A DNA stretch of 63,918 nt, filler included, from Octopus bimaculoides (GCF_001194135.2; 4 parts of 4 records of this genome joined end to end with filler, not necessarily neighbours in it); one strand, 5' to 3'; shown: positions 25,857 to 39,006, numbered from the whole stretch's first letter. Translations and numbers: made by a program. The notes: a model not told the origin generated them from the letters alone.

Positions 25857-28303
25857 TATNNNNNNNNNNNNNNNNNNNNNNNNNNNNNNNNNNNNNNNNN
25901 NNNNNNNNNNNNNNNNNNNNNNNNNNNNNNNNNNNNNNNNNNNNNNNNNNNNNNNNNNNNNNNNNNNNNNNNNNNNNNNNNNNNNNNNNNNNNNNNNNNN
26001 NNNNNNNNNNNNNNNNNNNNNNNNNNNNNNNNNNNNNNNNNNNNNNNNNNNNNTATATATATGCATCAAGCTTACGAGTCGTATAGTCTTCAGAGCCAAT
26101 CTATTGTTTAAAGTAGACAGAGCAAATAAAATAAAGCATGAAAAGTGTACTCTATAAACTCATCCATGAGTGCGTGGTAAGATGCTCACTTTGCAATATG
26201 TGTCTTCGCTTTAGATTCGCTATGCACAACATTGGACATGTCCCTCCTACTGCAGTGTTGGATGGACCAAAGTCTAGTATGCTGTGTGTACAAAAGAACA
26301 TGTTTGCAGTACCTCGTCGCATGTGTAACGTTGCCTGAAAGCCTGTATTTGTATGAGACTGTGTGGGCGTGTCTGTGTGTTTGTATATGTCTGTGTCTGT
26401 GTCTCTGTGTGTGAGCGTCCATGCTTATGCATATTAGTCTAAACCGGTATAAATTAGCTCGCCTTGATATGAATTCACAAACTGAGCGAACACTGTTAGC
26501 GAACACTGAAAGTCATACGCTATAATATGCTATCATACGAGTGCTGCAATAGATTTGATTAGTTGAAGAATAATAGTAACGCTCAAATGTTCATAACTAG
26601 ATGGTATTACAGCATATCTCTTAGACAAGAGGATATATGCCATCTTTTTCTGGTAATAGATGCATTCAAAATACAGATATGCCAATTCAACAATATATGT
26701 ATGTTCCAAGACATTTCAAATCTTTTGTTCTACATCATTATGTGCGCTTAGTGCTTGTGTAATGAACCTTAACAATGAAGATTATTCTTCTGAATTTCAA
26801 ATTTCATTTTGCATTAACTATCGGAGATGTTTTTACCATACCTATTAAACACTTTTTAAACTAACGTAATTGTTTACCGTGTATTAAGATAAAAATGTTA
26901 CTATTTTGCCTTGTCAGATAGTATATTCATTTACATTCATTAATTCATTCAGACATATTAGTTTACACCAGATATTCATGTTATGCTTTGGTCCAAATAA
27001 TTATTGTTAACACATAGATGTGTAAATTCCTCCGATATCATAATGGCCCATAAATTGTAAATATTTTTGTAAGTAATAATTACCAATATTTCACGTACAC
27101 CTCATATTTACTTTCATATCTTCTGTAACACCCTAAGTGAGTATTAATGTTCAAAAGTAAATTTTTACTCACCTAATACCAATAACACTTGATATTTGTA
27201 ACGGTGTCTCATAGAAAAGACCCAATAATAAGCACATGATGAAACATAAGACATGAAATTAATATACATTAATGTTCTAACTTCATATGTGACTAACAGT
27301 CTACATTACCATGCTATTTTTTTTCTATCATGTTTTACATCCAAATGCTTATCAATCGTTGTCAGACTACAACCGGTAGACGTTAATTTCATATTATTAA
27401 CTACAAAAATGTTGTTACGTAACAAACCTGAAATGTTAAAATAGCACATAAAAAGTGCTCAAAATTGACATTTATTTCCCTTCGTTATTTCAATTTTACT
27501 ATATCAGTATAACATTTTTCTTTTCGTTTATTAACAATGCGAATCAATATATTTTTTCAGAGGATATTAATTACTAAAATATGAAATTGTCTTAAGACTT
27601 TAATGATCCATTTGTGAATCTGTCATAAAAAACATTCGCAGATAATTGTCTGTAATATGTCTCTTTGAATGCCATTTAGAGTTCGAAAGTTGAAAAAAAT
27701 ATCCAAAGCAAAAAAGTTTCTTTTGCTAATTCGTCTGCATTCAAATTATAGTTTATAACGTTAGTTTTCAACGTTCATAGTTTGAATATAAAAGAAAATG
27801 TTATATGATACGTCCAAGGCAACTCGCATTCATAGAAATATGCACAAATATATTGAATAAGGTATTAGAAGCAGCGCTAGTGTTGTAAACCTTATCGACT
27901 ACATATAATCAAGGTATGTGTTTTGCATGTTCGCCAGCACGCTGTAGTATACCACCTAAAAGATGACACTGTCATTATGCTGGGTATAGCAACATCACCC
28001 CATTTCCAGTGGCTTATCATCTGAATCGAACCGGGGACGGATAGCGAAATATCGGTATCTAACACTACCAAATGAGATCGATCCCCAGATGAAATAACGC
28101 AACGAGCCGACGAACAAACTAAACACAGGCATTGAGTATGTGTCATCGATAATGCAAACACTCATATACCCAAGCGCACAACTCACACATATATGTGTGT
28201 GTGAGCAGGCGCGCGTGTGTGTTGTAGATATATGTGTGTGTATCTATACATGAGCTACAGTAGCATTGACCCTTAAGGGTAAGCCACATTTACATGACAA
28301 ATA

Positions 28304-29200
28304 CGAGGGGTGCATGACAAGTTTTGAGCCTAACCTAGAAACGGGGCTGCTAGGTTGCTGAAACAATTTTTTTCTGGTAAGTACAGTCTTTTCGGAGTAT
28401 TCTTTCTCATTTTCATGATTCTGATATTTTAATTTTTTTGTTGCACATTTTTGAATAAACAACTGTCGAGTTTACAAGGAAAATTGAGAAAACTGCTTAC
28501 CGTGCTGTCATAAAGTACCTTCATTTGAAAGGTGTGACTCCATCAGAAATCCATGAAGATATGGTGAGAAACTTAATAGACAATGCTCCTTCATATGCAA
28601 CAGTCAAACGCTGGGTAAATGAATTGCGGCATGGCAGGGAGAGAGTGGTAGATGATCCCACATCAAGGAGACCTCCAACTGCAACCACCAAGGACAACAT
28701 TGACCTTGCTCTTGGTATGATAATGCAAGATCGTCGAATATCATGTCGTCAGATAGCCGAGAGATTGGGCATCTCAACTGAAAGAGCAGACATCATTGTG
28801 ACAAAAGAACTTGGGTTCTCAAAGGTTTCTGCAAGGTGGGTCCCTCGCCTTTTGACTCCTGAACAGAATCTCACCAGGTGCATTTTGTCCACGAGTAATC
28901 TGGAACTGTTTGAATTCGTGGCAGCAATTCGTGGTTGTAGATACGAACTTGTTCCCCATCCGCCTTATTCACCAGACTTAGCCGCCTCTCACTTTCATCT
29001 ATTCCCCAAAATGAAAAAAGCCCTGGCTAGTCGTCATTTTGCCAGTGACAATGACGTCATAGACGCTGTAGGAAGTTTCTCGGAGTCTCAAACAAAAGAG
29101 TTCTTCTACGCCGAGATAATGGCGCTTCAGAACCGTTGGAGAAAGTGTTCAGCCATCGAGGGGGACTATGTTGAAAAAATAAATCATCAGAATTGGGTCC
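28304..29200 (+). mobile_element. Mariner element with in-frame internal deletion; right TIR not found
   Basis: TA then 'cgaggggtgcatgacaagttttgagcct'. Reading 'IEKTAYRAVIKYLHLKG.TP.EIH..M...ATVKRW...WVPRLLTPEQ' is fused to 'YELVPHPPYSPDLA.S.FHLFP.MKK...WRKC..IEGDYVEK'. ATT at 28483 stands where the start ATG is expected. Confidence 0.9.
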
Positions 29201-29569
29201 GTGTGTATCGCGTCGGGCTGGAGATGAGAGCCATGGCTTCCTTTTGTAAATACTGCTAGGGCACAGATAGTGTGTGACTACGAGACTACGAGCTAGAGTA
29301 GCATCGACCCTTAAGGATTAGCCACATTTATGTGGCAAATATACTTCACGATATCGTGCTTCTGCTGTTTATGCCTCGCTCACAGATTTATTATTATCAT
29401 TCAGTACAGTAGTTTCATTTCTATAGCGTCCTTACACTTCACTTCCGAGCGCAGCTCTGTGTGCCTTAGGCATGTGCGTTGGTTTGCTGTGATGCTCTTA
29501 TGGTTACTGTATTTAAAGTGTTTTGCGTAGGATGTGTGCAGTGCTCAGTAGTGCAATTTTCCGTATGAT

Positions 29570-29930
29570 ATATATTTGTAAATCTCAGGCTTTGCTTCCT
29601 CCACCGCCGCTGTGAGCTCTATATCCTCTGTATGATGTGGAAAATATTCCATCAACGTTGCTCATCTTTAAAATTCGTCCGAGGCTTGGCCACCGTGCCA
29701 TCTGTCCACTACAGAAATGTCCGTGTCGTACCACAACACTATGACAGAACTAGTTCACCTCAATTGGTCTTGCACTCTTCAACATCGTGCCAGACACACA
29801 TAAAGGGGTAAAGTGACTTCACGACATTCAAACGATCCCTAGATGATTAGCCCCCAACAAATACCAGATAAACCACCCACACCCAGATTTGTCTCTGATA
29901 ACATTAACCCTCTGCTTGAATGGGCTACGG
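29570..29930 (+). mobile_element. CR1/L2-like LINE 3' fragment
   Basis: Frameshifted 'GLALFNIVP..', 'FKRSLD', 'QIPDKPPTP', 'NPLLEWA' resembles CR1-group C-termini (GPRLFN.LP...FK..LD.FL..IPD.P). Confidence 0.5.
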
Positions 29931-30524
29931 TTCCCCAGAGCTGACTGTGTATTTCTTGCAGGTGATGCCATTAAATTAGACATGGCCCGAGTCAACTTTG
30001 GCCGAAACTTATCTAAGTAATCTAATCTATGCTGTAACCTATTAATCAAAGCATGACAACGTGGGTACAGACTGATATCTTAACATTTTTGATGGTCTTA
30101 AATATTAAAAGAAAATATTAAAGATTTAAATAGGACTATTTTCAGAGTATGTCTATAAGCTACTGTGTTTAAACCTGGTTTCTATCTTCAAACTGTTCTG
30201 TTTTGTAGATGCAATTCTTTTTTTTATAAAGAACTCCGAAATTAGAAAAATCAAAAAATCTGCAACAATCTCGGTCCCATGAGTATCGGATAATGGATTT
30301 TCAACAGTTTCAGTCCCACGGGGTGGTACTTTATGCAAACGTCTTCAATTATATCCTCGAATAGACCAAAAATTATATCCGCGAATAGACCAAATCTTAT
30401 GTGAATTTTGTTTCAATTACCAAGTTGGAAAAATGTACAACGAAACAGCGTCACTAAAATGGTGTACACAAATATTTTAAAAACAAATTAATTTGGAGCG
30501 ATCGAAGACACAACAACAGCAAAC

Positions 30525-30593
<69 letters not shown>

Positions 30594-30621
30594 TATATGA
30601 ATGTATATTAAAATGTATCGG

Positions 30622-31027
30622 CACAGGGATGGCTGTGAGGTAAGTACCTTGCTTACCAACCACATGGTTCTGGGTTCAGTCCCACTGCGTGGCGCCTTGG
30701 GCAAGTGTCTTCTACTATAGCCTCGGGTCGACTAAAGCCTTGTGAGTGGATTTGGTAGACGGAAACTGAAAGAATCCCCGTCATATATGTGAATATGTAT
30801 GTGTTTGTATGTGTGTGTATATGTTTGTGTTCCTGTGATTGTCCCTCCAACATCGCTTGACAACCGATGCTGGTGTGTTTACGTCCCCGTAACTTAGCGT
30901 TTCGGCAAAAGAGACCGATAGAATAAGTACTAGGCTTACAAAGAATAAGTCCTGGGGTCGATTTGCTCGACTAAAGGCGGTGCTCCAGCATGGCCACAGC
31001 CAAAATGACTGAAACAAGTAGAAGAGT
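30622..31027 (+). mobile_element. Near-complete SINE family A copy
   Basis: tRNA-like head 'gctgtg.ggtaagt..cttgc..accaaccacatggttctgggttcagtccc', CORE-like 'ccttgggcaagtg', internal microsatellite, tail 'aaacaagtagaagagt'. Other copies at ~33346, 43740, 47710, 47990, 51510, 52610, 55280, 56595, 57340 and 58140. Confidence 0.92.
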
Positions 31028-31203
31028 AATGTATATAACACACAGAAAATAGCACTACTAGTCACCGCAGATATCCTACGTAAAGCACTTTCAATACAGT
31101 GAAAATAACAACACCAAAACAAACAACAGCATATACCCAAGGCACACAAACCTGCGCTCGGTAGTGCAATGAATGTACGTGATAAAAATAAGACTACTGA
31201 ATG

Positions 31204-31279
<76 letters not shown>

Positions 31280-31379
31280 NNNNNNNNNNNNNNNNNNNNN
31301 NNNNNNNNNNNNNNNNNNNNNNNTTAATTAATTAANNNNNNNNNNNNNNNNNNNNNNNNNNNNNNNNNNNNNNNNNNNN
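31280..31379. other. Artificial scaffold spacer (44 N + TTAATTAATTAA + 44 N)
   Basis: Six-frame stop linker; the identical construct occurs at 59818-59917 and 62809-62908. Confidence 0.97.
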
Positions 31380-31456
31380 ATTAGTGCCCTTGTTCACTTT
31401 AGTGACATGTATATTTCTGCCTTTAGGTTGTAAAATTGCGAATTAGCCACCCATAT

Positions 31457-31496
<40 letters not shown>

Positions 31497-33949
31497 TAAA
31501 TACATACATACATACATACATACACACGCGCACATACGTGTGTGTGAAAGAAGCCCGTGGTATATATACGACGGGTCTAGGGGTTCCAATTTTAATTAAG
31601 TTTGACCCCGGCTAAAAAAACACTTCTATTCTTCGTAAAGGTATTGCTACACACACGCACAAAATGAAGTTGTGTTCTAAGGGAGGTAATTCCCTTATAT
31701 AGAGCCGTGGATTACCTCCCCAATATTTTCTTTTTCTTTGATATAGCAACTATGTAATAATGACAGTCGCCCCACATGGGTGAATGATCTACTAAAAATA
31801 GCAGCCATATCTCCTGTCAATTGTACCCCACAATCTTAAAAAGGCAAAAATACATGATGGCCCCCAATAAAAGTGAGGATGGCCTCAACTGGAATGGCTT
31901 TGATGATGGGTTCATTTTATGACATCCCGTCTGGGATTAAACGTGAATCATAATAAACACGGGAGACATTAAATTAGAGTACCAGTTATATACGGAGGTT
32001 ATTTTAATAGATTCAGCATTATTCCCAGACATTTGATATCTTTGCTTCACCACATCAGGTGTTTGCTTAGGGTTGTCAGGGGAGGAGCTCTGAGGGGCAT
32101 GTGTCCCACTCAAGAAAAGAAGTGTGCCCTTCTAAATAATGTTATTACGCCCTTTACTCTTGGAATTCTATTTCCTTCTGACCTTGTGCCCGCCCTTCAA
32201 AAAATTCCTGGGACCGCACCTGGTTGTGAATGGTATATTCCTGGGAATAGCATACAAAACAACTTCATCATCATCATCATCCTCATCATCACATATTCAA
32301 CAGCATCAGTTTGGGTGCCATGTAAAAGGCACCTGTGCCAGTACCACTTAAAAATCACCCATGTTGGTGCCACATAATAGCAATGGTGCTGGTGTCACAT
32401 AAAAAAAAACATCCAGTACACTTGGTAAAGTGGTTGGCATTAGGAAGGGCATCCAGCCATAGAAACCCTGCCAACTAGAATATAGTGCAGCTCTCCAGCA
32501 TTCCAGCTCCTATCAAACCATCCAGCTCATGAAGTATGAAAAGAAGACATTAAATGATGATGATGATGACGATGACGACGATGACGATAGTAGTCATCAG
32601 TTATCACCATCATCATCATAAGTCAAAGCAATCATCATATAATCAACAGCATCATCATCCTCATCACCATTCTCCTCCTCATAACATCCAGCATCAACAC
32701 ATATTCCTCATCATCATCTTCGGTATCACCTTCTTTGTCATCATCATTTCTACATCTACATCTTTCATGCTGGTACAGTCGTCCTAGGCCTGATGGTCTT
32801 TCAGTAGCCAACCCTCATGTGCTTTCAAGTAAGACATGAATATAGAGCAGCAGGGCATGTTTTTTACAGCAGGTGTAAACAATGGCACCACCACTGTGGT
32901 AACATATTTAGCATAAAATGTTACCATTGATATTGAGCCTGATGCGTTCCATTTTCCATTGTGCTACGATCAGGGTGATGGGAGAGGATGTAAGTTGATT
33001 ACATTAGCTCCAGTGTTCAGTTGGTATTTTTTATTTATCAACTCCAAAAGGATGTAAAGCAAAGATGACCTTGGTGGAATTTGAACTCAGAATATAAAGA
33101 CATGAAATGTCACTCAGCATTTTGTCCAGTTTGATAGAGAGTCTGCTGAGTTCCACCTTAAAGAGATAGGCATAATATTAATATGTTGTTTTGTAATAGG
33201 CGCNNNNNNNNNNNNNNNNNNNNNNNNNNNNNNNNNNNNNNNNNNNNNNNNNNNNNNNNNNNNNNNNNNNNNNNNNNNNNNNNNNNNNNNNNNNNNNNNN
33301 NNNNNNNNNNNNNNNNNNNNNNNNNNNNNNNNNNNNNNNNNNNNNGTATATGTGTGTGTGTCTGTGTTTGTCCCCACTAACATTGCTTGACAACCCGATG
33401 CTGGTGTGTTTACGTCCCCCGTAACTTAGCGGTTCGGCAAAAGGACACCGATAGAATAAGTACTAGGCTTCCAAAGAATAAGTCCTGGGGTCGATTTGCT
33501 CGACTAAAGGTGGCGCTCCAGCATGGCCGCAGTCAAGTGACTGAAACAAGTAAAAGAGTAAAAGAATGATACAGAGAGACATACTATTAACATGGTGATG
33601 TTTTGTGTTGGTGAGTCATATGTTACATGTAAACATATCAATGTGTGCTGTTGTGCTGGACAGTAATACGTAGTATTACAGATAGAAGGGTTGATGGATG
33701 GAATACTCCAGCTGCACCTCTTGCTTATTTAGCTGCTCAGTATCCAGTTTCTCTGTAGTTCTTGTTCTCTTCAGTTTCTTTAATTTACACTGGAGTTCAA
33801 ACCATTGGTAAATGGTCACTCCTGCAGTCTGTTCCTGGATATGTTTTTGCATGTTTCACTGATCTTTTAAATCTTTCATTGATAGAGATATAATCAATTT
33901 GCTTTCTCAAGGATCCTTGCTTCAAGCTCTTGTGTTATAGGGCTGGGGT

Positions 33950-34230
33950 CATCTCAGGTTGGTGGTCACAGAAAAGTCATCATGTGTAGAGCTGACCTGG
34001 TTGACCAGTGTTCTCCATCATTAACAATCCCGTCCCAGTCCCTCTGCATCATACAAGATGATGTTAAGCCTCTGGAGATCTTACTTAATCATGTCCAACC
34101 ATCTGGTGTGGAGCCTTTGAAAGGGCCCCTTCCAGACTGCAGCAGCTGCATTCATTGAGAGTAGGACCTTGGTAGGCTGATCTGGTGGGAAGTGATGTAA
34201 TTTCACAAGATCACTCCATCAGTTACAATG
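33950..34230 (-). mobile_element. RTE-like LINE 3' end fragment
   Basis: 'PPDQPTKVLL....WKGPF.RLHTRWLDMIK*DLQRLNI'. A similar fragment lies at 43095-43300 ('GWKKPYGRSRTRQLDVIEDLQRLNVTL'). Confidence 0.6.
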
Positions 34231-34616
34231 GGTTCCAGTTGATCTCATCAACAGAACAGCTTGCTCATGAAATTAACGTGCAAGTGGCTGAGTACTCCAC
34301 AGACATGTGTTCCCTTAATGTAGTTCTCAAGGAGATTCACCTTGACACAGAATGACAAGGCTGGCCCTTTGAAATACAGGTACAACTCATTTTTACCATC
34401 TGAGTAGACTGGAGCAATGTGAAATAAAGTGTCTTGCTCAAGGACACAACATATCACCGGGAATTGAACTCACAATGTTACAATCATGAGCCGAATACCC
34501 TTACCACTAAGCCATATGCCTTCACCAATTTTACAGATAGAAAAAACATTAATACATGGGGTGGATAATAATGTATAATGTTACACATAGACATTACTGT
34601 GTTGGGTAGTAACATA

Positions 34617-35503
34617 CGTGGTCTGATCGATAAGTATCTGAACTGTTGCCATAGTAACAAAGCTAAAGCATGCTGAGTGAAGCTGCTTGGCACAGATTGA
34701 CCTTAAACTCTGATGTGCATGTGCACTAAGTGTTAATGTTCTTGCTCCTTCTGCTGTTTACAGCAGTGCTTGGAAGGAAGGTGTGTAACATGTAATCATT
34801 GCATTGACTGTGACAGAGAAAGTTGAGCAGAGAATCTGCATCAAATTTTGCCAAAAGCTTGGTGATACCTGCTCAGAGACTTACACAAAGTTTTCAAAAA
34901 GTTTTCATCGTTCTCGACACAATCAAGATCTTGTGCAACTGAAACCCAAGTGTCATTTTGGTCAGCTGAAAGCAGTTTTGGCACAAACTTGGTGGACATG
35001 CGTCTCATACCCAGATCTTCAGTGATAATGGACTGAACTGAACTATAAATAATCTGCGCATCCTCTGATAACCCATGGATGGTAATTTGACAATTTCCCC
35101 TCACACCTGCCCACACATCTGTGATGTTTCCCTCAGTTCTGCTGGTTGCAGGTCCCCCAGGACGTTCATCGATATCAACACATTTTTGGCCTTCTTGGAA
35201 ACGTCTGAACCACTCGTACACTTGTGTGCAGCTCATACACTCCTCTCCATACCCTTTCTGCAACTTTGCATAAGCCTCCAAGCAGGTGTCGCCATGACAA
35301 CTTTCTCTGTCACGGTCAATGTAATGATCACACACTACACACCTTCCTTCCAAGCACTGCTGTAAACAGCAGAAGTGAGATAGAATGTTAAAATTTAGTG
35401 CATATGTACAGCAGTATACTAGGTCAATCTTTGCCAAGTGGCTTCAGTCTGTGCTTTAATTTCGTTACTATGGCAACATTCTGGATACTTATTGATCAGC
35501 AAT
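34617..35503. mobile_element. Non-autonomous mariner derivative made of two inverted 5' ends
   Basis: 34617-~34890 (+) is a mariner left end with 'MTEKVEQRICIKFCQKLG'. ~34900-35503 (-) is a longer left end (AYAKLQK.YGEEC...VYEWFRRF...KFVPKLL). Confidence 0.88.
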
Positions 35504-35772
35504 ATATAATATAATAGACAGATATAGCATTAATATATGGTAGTGTGTTAGGGAGCAATATATAATGTTGGCCTAAAGTTATAGTAGAAGACACTCTCAC
35601 AAGGTGTCACACACTGGGACTGAACCCAGAACCACATGGTTGAGAAGCAAACTTCTTAACTATACAGCCACACCTGCCCTATAAAATGTAAGGAGCCAAA
35701 AGTAATACCACTAAACATTTTGTCCAACGCGCTAATAATTCTGCCAGCTCACCAATTAACACACACACACAT

Positions 35773-35979
35773 ATATTTATAGGAGGTTAATTATATTGCC
35801 AGTCATAGAGTGGCCAATAGGTTTGCATCCATAAATCACTTAGTCTTATCGATGGCTCATCAGACTCCTATGGCCGCAAGCATTAGAGTCCGACAAGCCA
35901 TCTATAAGGCTAAGTGCTTTATGGATGTGAAATCATTGGTCACTCTATGACCAGCAATATAATTAACTTCCTATAAATA
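35773..35979. mobile_element. ~205-bp fold-back MITE-like element
   Basis: ~95-bp arms (atatttataggaggttaattatattgc... / ...gcaatataattaacttcctataaatat), roughly 80% complementary, with a ~13-nt loop. Confidence 0.8.
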
Positions 35980-38621
35980 TGTAGTGGCGCGTGTAGCCGC
36001 CATCTTGGGAAGTGCCATTGCGCATGTGCAAGGGACTTGCCATCAGCAGAAGTACCCAAGCACGCATGCGCAATGCAACAGGTGGAGAGAAAGCAATAGC
36101 GTCCGACCTCTTTTTCCATCCAGCAGTGGTGGTGACAACACGTATGTCTCAACTCGACCCCGACTTGTGGTCGAAGCTTCTTTGGTATTCTAGTGGCATG
36201 CCTATTCACCCAGGGACGAAACAGCTCTACACTAGAATAAACTATGTTCTGTTGTTACCGTTATCCCTCGTGTTGTTGTATTTCTGGATTTTAATGATTA
36301 ATATAAGAACTGGGGAGAGACGGCCGAGCCGTCATATCTCATCCNNNNNNNNNNNNNNNNNNNNNNNNNNNNNNNNNNNNNNNNNNNNNNNNNNNNNNNN
36401 NNNNNNNNNNNNNNNNNNNNNNNNNNNNNNNNNNNNNNNNNNNNNNNNNNNNNNNNNNNNNNNNNNNNNNNNNNNNNNNNNNNNNNNNNNNNNNNNNNNN
36501 NNNNNNNNNNNNNNNNNNNNNNNNNNNNNNNNNNNNNNNNNNNNNNNNNNNNNNNNNNNNNNNNNNNNNNNNNNNNNNNNNNNNNNNNNNNNNNNNNNNN
36601 NNNNNNNNNNNNNNNNNNNNNNNNNNNNNNNNNNNNNNNNNNNNNNNNNNNNNNNNNNNNNNNNNNNNNNNNNNNNNNNNNNNNNNNNNNNNNNNNNNNN
36701 NNNNNNNNNNNNNNNNNNNNNNNNNNNNNNNNNNNNNNNNNNNNNNNNNNNNNNNNNNNNNNNNNNNNNNNNNNNNNNNNNNNNNNNNNNNNNNNNNNNN
36801 NNNNNNNNNNNNNNNNNNNNNNNNNNNNNNNNNNNNNNNNNNNNNNNNNNNNNNNNNNNNNNNNNNNNNNNNNNNNNNNNNNNNNNNNNNNNNNNNNNNN
36901 NNNNNNNNNNNNNNNNNNNNNNNNNNNNNNNNNNNNNNNNNNNNNNNNNNNNNNNNNNNNNNNNNNNNNNNNNNNNNNNNNNNNNNNNNNNNNNNNNNNN
37001 NNNNNNNNNNNNNNNNNNNNNNNNNNNNNNNNNNNNNNNNNNNNNNNNNNNNNNNNNNNNGCGACGACACGACAATAGCCTCATGGAGACCCAACACTTC
37101 GTTCAGCAGCTTACGGACCTCCATCTTCATCGCCTCCAGCTTCTTAGGGTCAACACCAACTTCTTGCTACGTACACAGCAACCAACAGCACTCGCACAGG
37201 TTCTATCTCAACACTGTTTGTGAATCATTTCACCATGGTTAACAGCGAATACAACCTGCGAGAACTCCTGTATCAAGTATCCGGCTCGGCATAGAAGTCT
37301 CAACTTCACGACATGTGACTTAGCTCTGCCTCCACACCTCAACCTCTTATATACAGACTTTCAATCTACTGTGTACCTTAACTACGAGCTGGTATTTACC
37401 ATCCTTGTGTCTGGACTTTCTGTCAATGTCCTTAGAGACTCCTTTCTATGCTCTGTATTTCTCGCACTCCAAAGTTCTTCAAGGTCGACGCTAATGGTCG
37501 TACAGAGATTGTGTCTGTCGACCGTCTGAAAAAAGCGTACCTTGAAAAACCCTCAACTTCCGTGGACGACGTGCCTGTTTTTCAAACACCGCACACACTA
37601 CTGTCAACATCATTACCACCACACACACCACTGTCAACATCTTTACCAACGCATACACCAACATCAATACCATCACAAACACACACACCAGAAACCACTC
37701 CACCTTCATCGTTGCGACAAAACTCAAGTGACCCTTATGTCACTAGATGTGGCCGGACAGTGCATTGGCCAAAGAACCTTTCCAAAACAATATACATTTG
37801 ACATTTTTTGTGCCGCCGGCATTTCATTTCTCTGTACAAACAAACATTGTTTTTCTTCCATTTCTGTGCACAATAACGTGCTAAAAGAAAATATGTACAC
37901 ATTACATATTATTTCAACCTTTGCATGCACATTTGCTCACGCCAACACCTTCGTTGCAACTTTCTTTCACACAGACCCTTTATCTCTAGGTCTGGATGAA
38001 CTTTTCATGTTGAACAGAACCTTTTTTCTTACTCACATCGTGTCGGATGCAAAAGTTTTGCTTCCATTATTGCATCCGACACAGCATTGTTTTGCAAATT
38101 TATTGAGCTTGTCATTCTTTGTTTTAACAAAACAATTTTTGTTTTTTCATTGTATAATTTTAGCCATGTTTTCTGGGTTCGGCGGCCATCTTGTTTCGTG
38201 CTATACACTCGGGGGGGGAGACATTGTAGTGGCGCGTGTGGCTGCTATTGGCCGCCATCTTGGGAAGTGCCATTGCGCATGTGCAAGGGACTTGCCGTCA
38301 GCGGAAGTACCCGAGCACGCATACGCAATGCAACAGGTGGAGAGAAAGCAATAGCGTCCGACCTCTTTTTCCATCCAGCAGCGGTGGTGACAACACATAT
38401 GTCTCAACTCGACCCCGACATGTGGTCGAAGCTTCTTTGGTATTCTAGCGGCATGCCTATTCACCCAGGAACGAAATGGCTCTACACCAACTTAGAATAA
38501 ACTAGTGATCTGTTGTTACCGTTATCCCTCATGTTGTTGTATTTCTGGATTTTAATGATTAATATAAGAACTGGAGAGAGACGGCCGAGCCGTCATATCT
38601 CATCCAATTCTTATAAATACA
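35980..38621 (+). mobile_element. Short, non-autonomous Gypsy-type LTR retroelement
   Basis: LTR1 runs from 35980 (TGTAGTGGCG) to the gap at 36345. LTR2 runs 38225-~38621 and is ~95% identical. PPT 'ggggggggagacat' precedes LTR2, and each LTR has AATAAA. Integrase tail 'ISRTPKFFKV..NGRTEIVSVDRLKKAY' at ~37450-37550. The exact 3' end and TSD are uncertain. Confidence 0.88.
37061..37290 (-). pseudogene. Inverted Gypsy pol fragment (protease-RT junction)
   Basis: Frameshifted 'YLIQEFSQV..VNHGEMIH...VRSK..DPKKLEAMKMEVRKLL' resembles 'LL.EFP...VKHG..H.I...PV..R.RRL.PEKL...K.E..KLL'. Confidence 0.55.
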
Positions 38622-38694
38622 TTTACTGCTCTAACATTTAGAGTGTGCTTCTTTTTCAGGTCTATGATCCACTGACAATATATGTATGTATGTA

Positions 38695-38760
<66 letters not shown>

Positions 38761-38795
38761 CATACATACAGTAATTCTATGTATTTCTGTTTCAG

Positions 38796-38930
38796 ACAAC
38801 CTGACAATATAACTCTATTCAACAATGTCAACAGTGTCAAGTTATGCCTTGGTGTTTTGTCCAAAATGGTGGATTATCACAACAGAGATGTATTGGTGGT
38901 TACACTGGAGGCTGCAGCCTACATGTTTAA
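38796..38930 (+). CDS. MEI1: MEI1-like meiotic gene, internal exon a (135 nt, phase 2-2)
   Basis: tttctgtttcag|...|gtaagt. Peptide (R)QPDNITLFNNVNSVKLCLGVLSKMVDYHNRDVLVVTLEAAAYMFK resembles recalled human MEI1 'RQPEEIKLF...EVAAEALKATSAFLRKDH'. Confidence 0.85.
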
Positions 38931-39006
38931 GTAAGTTGGTTTTAGCTACATGTGAAAAAGGATTGGCTGGAGACTGCTAGTGTTGATAAACCCTGGAAAT
39001 ATATAG

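Noticed and set aside
27100-27260. Minus-strand donor TAG|gtgagt with a short hydrophobic ORF
   Set aside because: No supporting acceptor chain or homology; cannot be supported as a gene.
35850-35870. CTGATGA on the minus strand (also at ~45024)
   Set aside because: No downstream GAAA or stems, and the paired or paralogous copies lack the motif.
38660-38683. Candidate 24-nt micro-exon (ttcag|GTCTATG...|gtatgt)
   Set aside because: It does not end in the phase-2 AG expected to rebuild the Arg codon before exon a, and shows no MEI1 similarity.
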